DNA of 64,000 nucleotides. It comes from an uncultured Gemmatimonadales bacterium. GTDB taxonomy: Bacteria; Gemmatimonadota; Gemmatimonadetes; Longimicrobiales; Gaopeijiaceae. The number at the start of each line of letters is the position of its first letter. Within the stretch, counting starts at the first letter, position 1. Below, piece by piece: positions 1 to 9,934 of the stretch. Made by a program: the position numbers and the translations under genes. The notes under the pieces were generated by a model. The model searched no databases and was not told where the DNA came from. It saw nothing but the letters and a program-made list of their open reading frames with translations. Where the stretch lies: assembly GCA_963809895.1 (NCBI GenBank), contig CAWELD010000003.1, positions 608,001 to 672,000 on the forward strand. The letters are read 5' to 3'.

Positions 1-300
1 CGCTGCGACTGCCGCAAACCCGATCTGGGCATGCACCGCGCCGCGGCCCGCCTGCTGGGTCTGGATCTGGCGGCCTCCTACTTCGTGGGCGACAAGCCCT
101 CCGACGTGCTGGCGGCCCGGTCGGCGGGAGGGAAGGGGATCCTGGTTCGGACCGGCTACGGCCGGCGCACCGAGGCGGCGGGCACGGTGCCGCCGGAGGT
201 GACCGTCGTGGACGACCTGCGGGCTGCCGCCCGCTGGATCGTGAAGGACCTGACCCGGCGGCCACCTGAGCGCGTTGACCCTCCTGAAGGCTCGGAATAG
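1..300 (+). CDS. gmhB: HAD-IIIA phosphatase, D-glycero-D-manno-heptose 1,7-bisphosphate phosphatase-like (5' partial)
   Basis: Frame +1 reads RCDCRKPDLGM...SYFVGDKPSDVLAA...GILVRTGYG, typical GmhB C-terminal motifs. Confidence 0.8.
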   Translation, partial: RCDCRKPDLGMHRAAARLLGLDLAASYFVGDKPSDVLAARSAGGKGILVRTGYGRRTEAAGTVPPEVTVVDDLRAAARWIVKDLTRRPPERVDPPEGSE

Positions 301-303
301 CTT
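275..303 (+). promoter_or_regulatory. Candidate sigma70 promoter for iscA-nadA
   Basis: TTGACC(275-280)-17 bp-TAGCTT(298-303). Confidence 0.4.
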
Positions 304-428
304 TGACATCAGGTGCCCGCGCGGATGGGGTCGGGGGCAGGAACAGCCCCCGCGCCGGGAGTGTACATGAGCCGCGCGGGACGACGACGAGACGCCCCCG
401 ATTTCTTTCCACTGCGGAGCGAGATGGA

Positions 429-755
429 ATGCTGACGCTCACCACCACTGCGGCGTCCAAAGTGCAGGAATTCATGACGGAGCACGGATCCAGCGTGCAG
501 TCCGGCCTTCGCGTGGCCGTGCTGCCCGGAGGATGCTCCGGCTTCCAATACGGGTTGAACATCGAAGACGAGCCCGAAGCTGACGACGAGATCTTCGAGC
601 TTCAGGGCGTGAAGGTCTTCGTCGATCCCTTCAGCGCCCAGTACCTGGACGGCGTGGAGATCGACTACGTGACCAGCATGATGGGCTCGGGCTTCAGCTT
701 CCGGAATCCCAACGCCTCGGGCGGCTGCGGCTGCGGCTCGTCCTTCACCGTCTGA
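429..755 (+). CDS. HesB/IscA/ErpA family A-type Fe-S cluster carrier
   Basis: LRVAVLPGGCSGFQY and NPNASGGCGCGSSF motifs. Confidence 0.93.
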   Translation: MLTLTTTAASKVQEFMTEHGSSVQSGLRVAVLPGGCSGFQYGLNIEDEPEADDEIFELQGVKVFVDPFSAQYLDGVEIDYVTSMMGSGFSFRNPNASGGCGCGSSFTV

Positions 756-783
756 GGGATTCCCGCTCTGCAGCACGATCCGA

Positions 784-816
784 GAGGGCCCGCGGGGAAC
801 GACCCTGCGGGCCCTC
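784..816 (+). terminator. GC-rich hairpin between the iscA-like gene and nadA
   Basis: GAGGGCCCGCGGG...CCCTGCGGGCCCTC inverted repeat; no U-tract. Confidence 0.4.
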
Positions 817-865
817 GGCGCAACCTGAGACCGGGCGCTTGGTCTCCCACTCCCACCATGTCATG

Positions 866-1900
866 ATGCCATCGACCCTCGAGGTCCTTGCCACCACCCT
901 GGACTACGCGGCGCTTCCCGAGCAGGAGCTCCGGGAGCGCATCGCGGCCCGCAAGGCCGCGCTGAACGCGGTGATCCTGGGTCACAACTACCAGCGCGTC
1001 GAGATCCAGGGGGTGAGCGATTACCTGGGTGACTCCCTGGGACTGAGCCAGGAAGCCGCGGCCACCGACGCCGACGTGATCGTGTTCTGCGGCGTGCATT
1101 TCATGGCCGAGACCGCCAAGGTGCTGTCGCCGTCCAAGACCGTGCTCATGCCCGACCTCAGGGCCGGCTGCCCCATGGCGGACTTCGTCACCGGCGACGC
1201 CTTGCGCCGGCTCAAGGCCGAGCACCCGGAGGCGGCGGTGGTGGCGTACGTGAACTCCACCGCCGAGGTGAAGGCCCTCTCCGACATCTGCTGCACCTCG
1301 TCCAACGCGGTGCGCGTGGTGGAGTCCATCCCCGAAGATCGGCCCATCATCTTCGTGCCGGACAAGAATCTGGCCGACTACGTGGCCGACAAGACCGGGC
1401 GGGAGAACATCATCGCCTGGGAAGGCTATTGCTACGTCCACGACGACATGGTCCTGGAGGAACTGGCCCGGGTGCGCGACGCCCATCCGACCGCCAAGGT
1501 GGTGGTGCATCCCGAGGCCCGGCGGGAGTTGCTCGAGGCGGCGGACTTCGTGACCTCCACGTCGGGAATGGTGGATCTGGCGGAGGAGCACGACGCCCTC
1601 ATCTTCGGCACCGAGCGCGGGCTGGTGGACCGCCTGCGCGAGCGCTATCCGTCCAAGACGCTCATCCCCCTGTCCGGCGCCGCCATCTGCGGGAACATGA
1701 AGCTCAACACCCTGGCCAAGCTGGCGTGGTCGCTGGACCACCGTGCGCACGAGGTCCTGCTGGACGAGCACGTGCGCGTCGGGGCCGAGCGGTCGCTCCG
1801 CCGCATGCTGGAGCTGTCGGGGGGCTGGCGGCCTCCCACGGCCGAAGAGGAGGAGCTGGAGCGGGCCGGGGTACGTCCGCGGGGGTGTGGCTGCGCGTGA
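866..1900 (+). CDS. nadA: Quinolinate synthase
   Basis: ILGHNYQ, FCGVHFMAE, AGCPMAD, YVNS, CCTSSNA, CYVH, HPE, CGNMK motifs. Confidence 0.95.
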   Translation: MPSTLEVLATTLDYAALPEQELRERIAARKAALNAVILGHNYQRVEIQGVSDYLGDSLGLSQEAAATDADVIVFCGVHFMAETAKVLSPSKTVLMPDLRAGCPMADFVTGDALRRLKAEHPEAAVVAYVNSTAEVKALSDICCTSSNAVRVVESIPEDRPIIFVPDKNLADYVADKTGRENIIAWEGYCYVHDDMVLEELARVRDAHPTAKVVVHPEARRELLEAADFVTSTSGMVDLAEEHDALIFGTERGLVDRLRERYPSKTLIPLSGAAICGNMKLNTLAKLAWSLDHRAHEVLLDEHVRVGAERSLRRMLELSGGWRPPTAEEEELERAGVRPRGCGCA

Positions 1901-2553
1901 CGGTCGAGGTCTTCTCCGGGGGCTCGTTCGCCGAGAACGGCTACCTGGTGCGCTGTGAAGAGAGCAACCGCGCGGCGGTGGTCGATCCCGGCGGCGCCGC
2001 GGAGGGGATGGTGGCGCGGCTGGAGGAGTGGGGCGCCGAGCTCGAGGCCATCCTGCTCACCCACGCGCACCTGGACCACGTGGAAGGCATCCCCCGCATT
2101 CGCGCGTACGCGCCCGACGTACCGATTCACCTCCACGAAGACGATCTGCCCCTCTACTACGGGGTGCCGCAGCAGGCGGCGGCATTCGGCCTGAGCGTGG
2201 GCTCGCTGCCCGATCCCGACGCCAGGCTGGAAGCCGGGCAGGAGATCCGCGTCGGCGAATCGGTGCGCTTCGAGGTGCGCTTCACGCCCGGCCATTCCCC
2301 CGGGCACGTGATCCTGGTGAACGAGGGCGATGGGCTGGCGCTGGTGGGCGACGTGATCTTCCGGGGCTCCATCGGGCGCACGGACCTGCCGGGCGGCGAT
2401 CTGAAGACCCTCATGACCAGCATCCGCCAGCAGGTGCTGACGCTCCCCGACGATACGCGGCTGTTGTCCGGGCACGGTCCGGAGACCACGGTGGAGCTGG
2501 AGCGGGTGGGGAACCCCTTCCTGGTGCCGAGCTACCTGGGACACTTCGCGTGA
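1897..2553 (+). CDS. MBL-fold metallo-hydrolase (glyoxalase II-like)
   Basis: LLTHAHLDH, TPGHSPG, GDVIF, SGHGP; GTG start overlaps nadA stop. Confidence 0.9.
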   Translation: MTVEVFSGGSFAENGYLVRCEESNRAAVVDPGGAAEGMVARLEEWGAELEAILLTHAHLDHVEGIPRIRAYAPDVPIHLHEDDLPLYYGVPQQAAAFGLSVGSLPDPDARLEAGQEIRVGESVRFEVRFTPGHSPGHVILVNEGDGLALVGDVIFRGSIGRTDLPGGDLKTLMTSIRQQVLTLPDDTRLLSGHGPETTVELERVGNPFLVPSYLGHFA

Positions 2554-2628
2554 GGGCATGGGTCGGGCCCCCCCTGAATTCACGTTGCGGCGCGCCGCGG
2601 GGCGAGGCCATGGCGGAACGAGCCGGCA

Positions 2629-3303
2629 TTGGCTGAGCCCCTGAGGGCGGCGGTGTTCGCCTCGGGCTCGGGCTCCAACTTCCAGGCGCTCCTCGACCGG
2701 GAGTCGGAAGGCGACGCGCCGTGGCGGACCGTCCTGCTGGTCAGCGACCGGGACAGCGCCGGGGCCCTGGAGCGGGCCCGCGCCGGTGGGGTCACCACCC
2801 GTGTCATCGCCGTGGGAGGAGGCCGGGACCCGCAGGCCGTGGCCGCCGAGACGCTGGAGGCGCTGGAGTCCGCCGGCGTCGACGTCATCTTCCTGGCCGG
2901 CTACCTTCGGCTGGTGCCCGCGGCGGTGGTGGCGCGGTACCGGCGGCGCATCCTCAACATCCATCCGGCGCTGCTTCCGGCGTTCGGCGGCAAGGGGATG
3001 TGGGGCCATCACGTGCACGAGGCCGTGCTGGCCTCGGGAGCACGCGTCAGCGGCCCCACGGTCCACTACGTCGACGAGCGCTACGACGAGGGCACCATCG
3101 TGGCGCAGTGGCCCGTTCCCGTGCGCCGAGACGATACCGTCGCGACCCTCGCCGCCCGGGTCCTCGCCGTGGAGCACCACTTGTACCCGCTGGCCGCGGC
3201 GCACCTGTGTCGCGCTCTGCAGGAGGGCCGTGAGCCGGGAGGGCTGGAGCTTCCCGGCGAGGCCTACCGGCTCGTGGACGAGCCTTCGGGCAGCACCCTG
3301 TGA
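2629..3303 (+). CDS. purN: Phosphoribosylglycinamide formyltransferase
   Basis: ASGSGSNFQAL, LAGYLRL, LNIHPALLP, YDEG motifs; directly upstream of purH. Confidence 0.93.
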   Translation: MAEPLRAAVFASGSGSNFQALLDRESEGDAPWRTVLLVSDRDSAGALERARAGGVTTRVIAVGGGRDPQAVAAETLEALESAGVDVIFLAGYLRLVPAAVVARYRRRILNIHPALLPAFGGKGMWGHHVHEAVLASGARVSGPTVHYVDERYDEGTIVAQWPVPVRRDDTVATLAARVLAVEHHLYPLAAAHLCRALQEGREPGGLELPGEAYRLVDEPSGSTL

Positions 3304-3340
3304 CCGAACCACCCCCGCTCAACCCAGGATCAACCAGACG

Positions 3341-4996
3341 ATGAGCCGACGCCGAGCCCTCCTCAGCGTATCGAACAAGAACGGAATCGTGGACCTCGGC
3401 CGGGGCCTGGCCCAACGCGGGTGGGAGCTGCTCTCCACCGGCGGCACGGCCCGCGCGCTGCGCGAGGCGGGGCTCGAGGTCAAGGAAGTGGCGGAGGTCA
3501 CCGGGCATCCGGAGATGATGGACGGGCGCGTGAAGACGCTGCATCCGGCGGTCCACGCCGGACTCCTCGCCCGTCGCGACCGCCCCGACGACCTCGAAGC
3601 CCTCGAAGAACAGGGCTACGCTCCCATCGATCTGGTGGCGGTGAATCTCTATCCCTTCCGCGAGACCGTCGCCCGGGGAGACGTGCCCGTCGGCGAGGCC
3701 ATGGAGAAGGTGGACATCGGCGGACCCACCATGATCCGGGCCGCGGCCAAGAACCACCGCGACGTGCTGGTCGTGGTGGATCCGAGCGATTACCCATCGG
3801 TCCTCGAGATGCTGGATCAGGGGGAAGACGGGGTAGAAGGGGAGAGCACCCTGCGTCGTCAGCTCGCCGCCAAGGTCTTTCGACACATCAGCGCCTACGA
3901 CGCCGCCGTGGCTGCGTACCTGGAGTCCGGCGAAGACGCGTCGGCGCCCTTCTCGGTGGAGGCGGCGCCTGTGCAGACGCTCCGCTACGGCGAGAACCCC
4001 GATCAGGCGGCGGCGTTCTACCGTCTGGGGGCGCGAGCCGAGGGTATTGCAGCACTCGAGAAGAAGCACGGTAAGGAACTGTCCTACAACAACATCCTGG
4101 ACCTGGACGGGGCGCTGCTCTCCCTCTCACCCTTCGCGTACTCGTCGCGCCCGGCGGTATGCATCGTCAAGCACACCACGCCTTGTGGTCTCGCCGTGGG
4201 AGACACGCTGGCGGAGGCCTATCGCCTCGCCCTGCGGACCGATCCGGTGTCGTCGTTCGGCTCGGTGATCGCCACCAACCGGCCCCTGGACCTGGCCACC
4301 GCCGAGTCGCTGAGCGAGCTCTTCGTGGAGTGCGTGGTGGCGCCGGGCTACGACGACGACGCTCTGGAGGTGGTGACGCGCAAGAAGAACATCCGGGTGC
4401 TGGTGTCGCCGCCGGTCACGGAACCCGTCGAGGGCGAGCCCGAAGGGGGATGGTGGTCCTCCGCCGATGCCGGCCTCAGGGGCGCTGCCCGCTTCCTGGC
4501 GTCGCACTCCCGGCGCCCCGACCCCCGGGTGTTCCGGAGCGTCTACGGGGGGGTCCTGGTGCAGGCGCCGCCCCGGCCGCCGTTCTACGAGGTGGAGGGT
4601 CCGGACTGGACGGTGGCCACGGCCCGCCGGCCCGAGGAGGCCGAGTGGAACGACCTGCGCTTCGCGTGGGCCGCCATCTTCGGGGTCAAGTCCAACGCGA
4701 TTCTCCTGGCTGGGGGCGGCGCCACGCTGGGCATCGGAGCCGGCCAGATGAGCCGCGTGGATTCCTCGCGCATCGCCGTCATGAAGGCTGCCGACGCCGG
4801 CATCGACCTGGAGGGCGCGGTGCTGGCCTCCGATGCCTTCTTCCCCTTCCGCGACGGTGTGGACGCCGCGGCGGAGGCGGGCGTGCGCGCCATCGTCCAG
4901 CCTGGCGGCTCCATCCGGGACGACGAGGTGATCGCCGCGGCCGACGAGCACGGCATGGCCATGGTGCTCACGGGCCGGAGGCTGTTCCGGCACTGA
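3341..4996 (+). CDS. purH: Bifunctional AICAR transformylase/IMP cyclohydrolase
   Basis: [55 protein letters not shown]. Confidence 0.97.
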   Translation: MSRRRALLSVSNKNGIVDLGRGLAQRGWELLSTGGTARALREAGLEVKEVAEVTGHPEMMDGRVKTLHPAVHAGLLARRDRPDDLEALEEQGYAPIDLVAVNLYPFRETVARGDVPVGEAMEKVDIGGPTMIRAAAKNHRDVLVVVDPSDYPSVLEMLDQGEDGVEGESTLRRQLAAKVFRHISAYDAAVAAYLESGEDASAPFSVEAAPVQTLRYGENPDQAAAFYRLGARAEGIAALEKKHGKELSYNNILDLDGALLSLSPFAYSSRPAVCIVKHTTPCGLAVGDTLAEAYRLALRTDPVSSFGSVIATNRPLDLATAESLSELFVECVVAPGYDDDALEVVTRKKNIRVLVSPPVTEPVEGEPEGGWWSSADAGLRGAARFLASHSRRPDPRVFRSVYGGVLVQAPPRPPFYEVEGPDWTVATARRPEEAEWNDLRFAWAAIFGVKSNAILLAGGGATLGIGAGQMSRVDSSRIAVMKAADAGIDLEGAVLASDAFFPFRDGVDAAAEAGVRAIVQPGGSIRDDEVIAAADEHGMAMVLTGRRLFRH

Positions 4997-5043
4997 GGGG
5001 TTGGTCCCGCGCGGTAGCCTGCCTATCGTTCCTGTCGCATCCT

Positions 5044-5127
5044 GGAGGGGTGGCAGAGCGGTTCAATGCACCGGTCTTGAAAACCGGCGGGCGCAAGCCC
5101 ACGTGGGTTCGAATCCCACCCCCTCCG
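5044..5127 (+). tRNA. tRNA-Ser (anticodon UGA), long variable arm, CCA not encoded
   Basis: GGAGGGG/CCCCTCC acceptor stem, CCGGT-CTTGAAA-ACCGG anticodon arm, GTGGG-TTCGAAT-CCCAC T arm, discriminator G. Confidence 0.95.
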
Positions 5128-5522
5128 CTTAACCGCATCACTTCGCTCCCGATACCGGGAGCCCCTCGGTCCCCCGCGGAAGAACCCACGCGCGCTTCGC
5201 CAGAAGCGCGCCTCGTGGGTTCGACGCTCTCGAGCAAAGCTGGGTTCGGAGACCCTCACGCCGACCGAGGAGCGCAGCGAGGATGCGCCGCAGGCGCACC
5301 GCAGGTGAATCCCACCCCCTCCGCTTGGTCGCATCACTTCGCTCCCGATGCCGGGAGCCCCTCGGTCCCCCGCGGAAGAACCCACGCGCGCTTCGCCAGA
5401 AGCGCGCCTCGTGGGTTCGACGCTCTCGAGCAAAGCTGTGTTCGGAGACCCTCACGCCGACCGAGGAGCGCAGCGAGGATGCGCCGCAGGCGCACCGCAG
5501 GTGAATCCCACCCCCTCCGCTT
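5111..5522 (+). repeat. 196-bp tandem repeat (2 units plus a terminal 20-mer) containing the tRNA 3' end
   Basis: GAATCCCACCCCCTCCGCTT at 5111, 5307 and 5503; the intervening sequences are near-identical. Confidence 0.95.
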
Positions 5523-7221
5523 AGTTCAGAGCACAGGTGATCAGGGGTGTGCCGTCCCATTGTTGCAGCTGCTCGCTGCAGTGGTAGTGATCTCTCAGGT
5601 ACTCGGCGACTTCCGGTGGGAAATCACGTGCCCCATACGGCATCTTCAGGTAGGCGCTGGGTAATCGAGTCAGAACCGCGTGGGAGACTCGTCCGCTCTG
5701 GAGGTAGCCCAGGAGTGGCTCGACGCTGGCAACGCCGTTGTCCACCATCAGAGTGAACATCGAGGCGTCGTAGACCAGAGGAGTCTGTCCAGCTGCGAGA
5801 AGTTCCTGTGTGTATTCGGGATCTCCCAGCACGAAACCTCCCTCGGGCACAGGCAACGCACGCAGGATCTGTGTCGTGCGCGTCTCCAACTCGGTGGCTT
5901 GACCGTAGGAGCGCGAGAGCAACGCTCCTTGATCCGGAAGTTGCGTCACGATCAGGGCGATCAGAAGGGTGCTCGTGGCCAGGCTCACAGCCGACCCCGA
6001 ACCGGCCGCATTGGACGCTTCCGATGTCTCTTGGCTCCAATCCCACGTTCCGATGAGAAGGCTGCCCAGGATCACGAACTCGAGGAAATAGTTCGCCGAA
6101 CTTCCCGGTCTTCCGATCGAGAGGAAGAAGAGCCCGAGTGCGATCATGGGCGCCGCGGCAACCGCACCGCGCCGCCCCCACCACCTCCGCGGTGTGACGA
6201 GGGTACCGACGGCCGCAGCCAGAACCACGGTGGTGAAGGCACGGGGGAGGAAGGTGAGGACCCCGTATCTGATGATCTTTTCGGGAAGGAGGTGGGCCGC
6301 GTTCGCCGACACAGTGAAGAGCCAGATGCCGCCATCGGTCGGCGCCCACAGAAGTCCATACACCGCGAAGAACGTTCCGCCCGCAACCGAAGCCAGGGCA
6401 ATCGCCCGGGCTGCCTGACGCCTCGCGAGCAGGTGCAGGATCACGGTCAGGAAGGCGGCGATCAGGGTATACTTCACGAGGAAGCCCGCCCCGAAAAGCA
6501 GACCCGCAAGCCAGATCCAGCCGCGAGACTCGCCGAAGCCCCAACGTAGATAGGCTGCGAGTCCAAACGTGGTGAACGACGCCGCCACGAATTCCGGCTT
6601 GGTCGGCGGTCCGCTCCAGGTAAGCACTGGAAACAGGGCGATGAAGAGGGCAGATGGGACGTACCAGCGGCGCCGGCAGAGATCGATCCCCGCCATGCCG
6701 AGGGCGCCCGCGACGCCGACCACCCCGAATACGGTCAGCCCTCGAAGCACGACCGGAGCACCGCCGAAGAGGGCCAGCAGCAGTCGGGCAAGCAGGTAGT
6801 AGCCAGGCGGATAGATCGGTGTTACGAAAGGTGGCTCGTGGATCCACTCCGATGAATAGAGATCCACGATGCTCTTGCCCGTAACGCCGTATTGGTAGAT
6901 GACCTCGCCCGTCCAGGTATCGGGGATCATCCCCAGCAGGTACTTGACCAGCAGGACGGCCGTCAGACCGCAACCGGTGACCAACGCGTATCGGAGAGCC
7001 AACTCGGCTCGGGGCTCCGAGTCTCGGTGACGGAGGGTGATCCACAGACTGACAACCGCGGCCAGGCTCAGGCCGATAAACAGAAGGTCGACGTTCTGCC
7101 AATCCGGAAGGAGCCGCGCGAGCGGAGCACGGCGGGGTACCGTCTCCAGTGCGAGGAACGCACAAAGGACCGCACAGGTGGCCAGCCCGATGGCCGGCAG
7201 GCGATTCGATGTCGATTTCAC
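5521..7221 (-). CDS. Polytopic membrane protein, probable GT-C (ArnT/PMT-like) glycosyltransferase
   Basis: Many TM segments, IYPPGYYLL, KPE, GLLFGAGFLVKYT; visibly less GC-biased than its neighbours. Confidence 0.6.
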   Translation of the reverse strand: MKSTSNRLPAIGLATCAVLCAFLALETVPRRAPLARLLPDWQNVDLLFIGLSLAAVVSLWITLRHRDSEPRAELALRYALVTGCGLTAVLLVKYLLGMIPDTWTGEVIYQYGVTGKSIVDLYSSEWIHEPPFVTPIYPPGYYLLARLLLALFGGAPVVLRGLTVFGVVGVAGALGMAGIDLCRRRWYVPSALFIALFPVLTWSGPPTKPEFVAASFTTFGLAAYLRWGFGESRGWIWLAGLLFGAGFLVKYTLIAAFLTVILHLLARRQAARAIALASVAGGTFFAVYGLLWAPTDGGIWLFTVSANAAHLLPEKIIRYGVLTFLPRAFTTVVLAAAVGTLVTPRRWWGRRGAVAAAPMIALGLFFLSIGRPGSSANYFLEFVILGSLLIGTWDWSQETSEASNAAGSGSAVSLATSTLLIALIVTQLPDQGALLSRSYGQATELETRTTQILRALPVPEGGFVLGDPEYTQELLAAGQTPLVYDASMFTLMVDNGVASVEPLLGYLQSGRVSHAVLTRLPSAYLKMPYGARDFPPEVAEYLRDHYHCSEQLQQWDGTPLITCALN

Positions 7222-7290
7222 CGGGGCGTACCGGCAGAAGGCGGGTGGTCAGCGAAGGCAGGTTACCCGCTTGGGGGGCCGTGGGCAACC

Positions 7291-7863
<573 letters not shown>

Positions 7864-7955
7864 GCGGGCCGTGGGGGCGAGGTCGGAGCGCGCGTTGCCG
7901 GCTCGCCCTCCCAACCCCGTGGACGGCGACACGGTTCCGGGCGAAGTTACCCTGC

Positions 7956-8570
7956 ATGAACGCAGGCGTCCGGCTGGTCCAGTCCTATCTCTATCTGAAC
8001 GGCTACTTCACGGTGACCGAGCTTCCGGTCATCCGTGGGATGCGCGGCGGCGGGTACGAGGAGATCACGGATCTCGACGTGCTCGCCATCCGCTTTCCGC
8101 GGGCCGAGTACGTCATCGCTCGTGGCCGCCCCGGGCCCCACGACGACCTGCACATGGGCACCGACAAGGTGCTGGTGGACGAGGCGGGCATCGTGGACGT
8201 GCTCATCGCCGAGGTGAAGGAAGGCAAAGCCCGGGTGAACGACGCGCTCCGGCGGACCGATGCCCTGGACACGGCGCTCCGGCGAGTGGGATGCTGTCCC
8301 GATTCGCTCCTGGAGCACGCGGTGGGCGAGCTCCAGCAGAACGGCGTCGTGCGTCTGGATCAGAAGGAGGCGGGCATCCCTACGCGCATCCGCCTGCTGG
8401 CGTTCGGCGAGGGAGCGACGGGTGAGCGGCGCGGCTATCAGGTCGTGAGCCTTCGGCACGTCGCGCACTTCGTGGAACGCCATCTCGACCGGTATCACGA
8501 CGTCCTGCAGCCCGCCGACCTGGGCGATACGCCGCTGGGGTTCCTGCACCTGCTCCGCAAGCTTCGTTGA
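7956..8570 (+). CDS. Hypothetical protein, PD-(D/E)XK nuclease-like fold
   Basis: SYLYLNGYFTVTE...DLDVLA...IAEVKE pattern. Confidence 0.55.
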   Translation: MNAGVRLVQSYLYLNGYFTVTELPVIRGMRGGGYEEITDLDVLAIRFPRAEYVIARGRPGPHDDLHMGTDKVLVDEAGIVDVLIAEVKEGKARVNDALRRTDALDTALRRVGCCPDSLLEHAVGELQQNGVVRLDQKEAGIPTRIRLLAFGEGATGERRGYQVVSLRHVAHFVERHLDRYHDVLQPADLGDTPLGFLHLLRKLR

Positions 8571-8584
8571 CCCCCGCGCGGGGT

Positions 8585-8620
8585 CCCGTCACGGGATCCT
8601 GACGTCCGTGACGGGGTTTT
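8585..8620 (+). terminator. Rho-independent terminator candidate
   Basis: CCCGTCACGG/CCGTGACGGG 10-bp stem followed by GTTTT. Confidence 0.55.
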
Positions 8621-8675
8621 GAGCCGGCGGACGATCCGAGCCGGCCCAGCAGCCAATCAGGAGAACGACACGCAA

Positions 8676-9920
8676 GTGAGCACGTGGCAACGCAGGAAGA
8701 CCGTGGAGGTCCGGGTCGGCAACGTGGCCGTGGGCGGCGACCATCCGGTGGTGGTCCAGTCCATGACCAACACCGACACGGCCGATCCGAGCTCCACGGC
8801 CGACCAGGTCGTGGATCTGGCCCGGGCGGGGAGCGAGCTGGTCCGCATCACCGTGAACACCGACGAGGCCGCGGCGGCGGTTCCGGAGATCGTCGCGCGG
8901 GTGCAGGACGCGGGCTTCGACGTCCCCATCATCGGTGACTTCCACTACAACGGGCACCTCCTGCTGACCCGGCATCCCTCCTGCGCCGAGGCCCTCGCCA
9001 AGTACCGGATCAATCCCGGCAACGTGGGCACCAAGCACCGGGACAAGAACTTCACCGACATCGTCCAGGTGGCCATCGACCACGGCAAGCCGGTGCGCAT
9101 CGGCGTGAACTGGGGATCGCTGGACCAGCGCCTCCTCACCGAGCTCATGGACGCCAACGCCGAGCGGAGCGAGCCCAAGGACGCCCGCGAGGTGCTGCTG
9201 GACGCCATGGTGGAGAGCGCGCTGCGCTCGGCGGCGCTGGCCGAGGAGGTGGGGCTCCCCCACGACGCCATCATCCTGTCGGCCAAGGTCTCGGGGGTGC
9301 CGGACCTCATCGACGTCTACCGCATGCTCGCGCCGCGCTCCGATTACCCGCTCCACCTTGGACTCACCGAAGCCGGCATGGGGGCCAAGGGCATCGTGGC
9401 CACCACGGCGGGTCTGGCGCCGCTCCTCATGGAAGGGATCGGCGACACCATCCGGGTCTCCCTGACTCCCGAGCCCGGCGGCGACCGCGCCCAGGAGGTC
9501 CGGGTGGCGCAGCAGATCCTCCAGTCCATGGGGATTCGGAGCTTCGAGCCCCAGGTGACCTCGTGCCCCGGCTGCGGCCGCACCACCTCCACCTTCTTCC
9601 AGGAGATGGCGCAGGACATCCAGGGCTACATCCGCGACATGATGCCCGAGTGGAGGGAGCGCTACCCCGGCGTGGAGGAGCTGGACGTGGCCGTCATGGG
9701 CTGCGTGGTGAACGGGCCCGGCGAGTCCAAGCACGCCAATCTTGGGATCAGCCTACCGGGGACCTTCGAGGAGCCCAAGGCGCCCGTGTACGTGGACGGC
9801 GAGCACTACACCACGCTCAAGGGCGAGGGATTGGTGGCCGAGTTCAAGGCCATCCTGGACGACTACGTGCGGACGCGTTACGGCGCGGAGGCGTCGCAGG
9901 AGGCACCCGCCTCGGCCTGA
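8676..9920 (+). CDS. ispG: (E)-4-hydroxy-3-methylbut-2-enyl-diphosphate synthase
   Basis: [59 protein letters not shown] upstream of GTG. Confidence 0.96.
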   Translation: MSTWQRRKTVEVRVGNVAVGGDHPVVVQSMTNTDTADPSSTADQVVDLARAGSELVRITVNTDEAAAAVPEIVARVQDAGFDVPIIGDFHYNGHLLLTRHPSCAEALAKYRINPGNVGTKHRDKNFTDIVQVAIDHGKPVRIGVNWGSLDQRLLTELMDANAERSEPKDAREVLLDAMVESALRSAALAEEVGLPHDAIILSAKVSGVPDLIDVYRMLAPRSDYPLHLGLTEAGMGAKGIVATTAGLAPLLMEGIGDTIRVSLTPEPGGDRAQEVRVAQQILQSMGIRSFEPQVTSCPGCGRTTSTFFQEMAQDIQGYIRDMMPEWRERYPGVEELDVAVMGCVVNGPGESKHANLGISLPGTFEEPKAPVYVDGEHYTTLKGEGLVAEFKAILDDYVRTRYGAEASQEAPASA

Positions 9921-9934
9921 GGGCCTCAGTCGGC

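Noticed and set aside
2554..2628. ZMP/ZTP riboswitch upstream of purN-purH
   Set aside because: The conserved riboswitch motifs are not recognisable
5111..5522. CRISPR array (three 20-bp direct repeats)
   Set aside because: The spacers are 176 bp and near-identical, the repeat is the tRNA 3' end, and no cas genes are present
5111..7290. Integrated element bounded by attL/attR at tRNA-Ser
   Set aside because: The tRNA-end copies enclose only the repeat units; I saw no distal copy and no integrase
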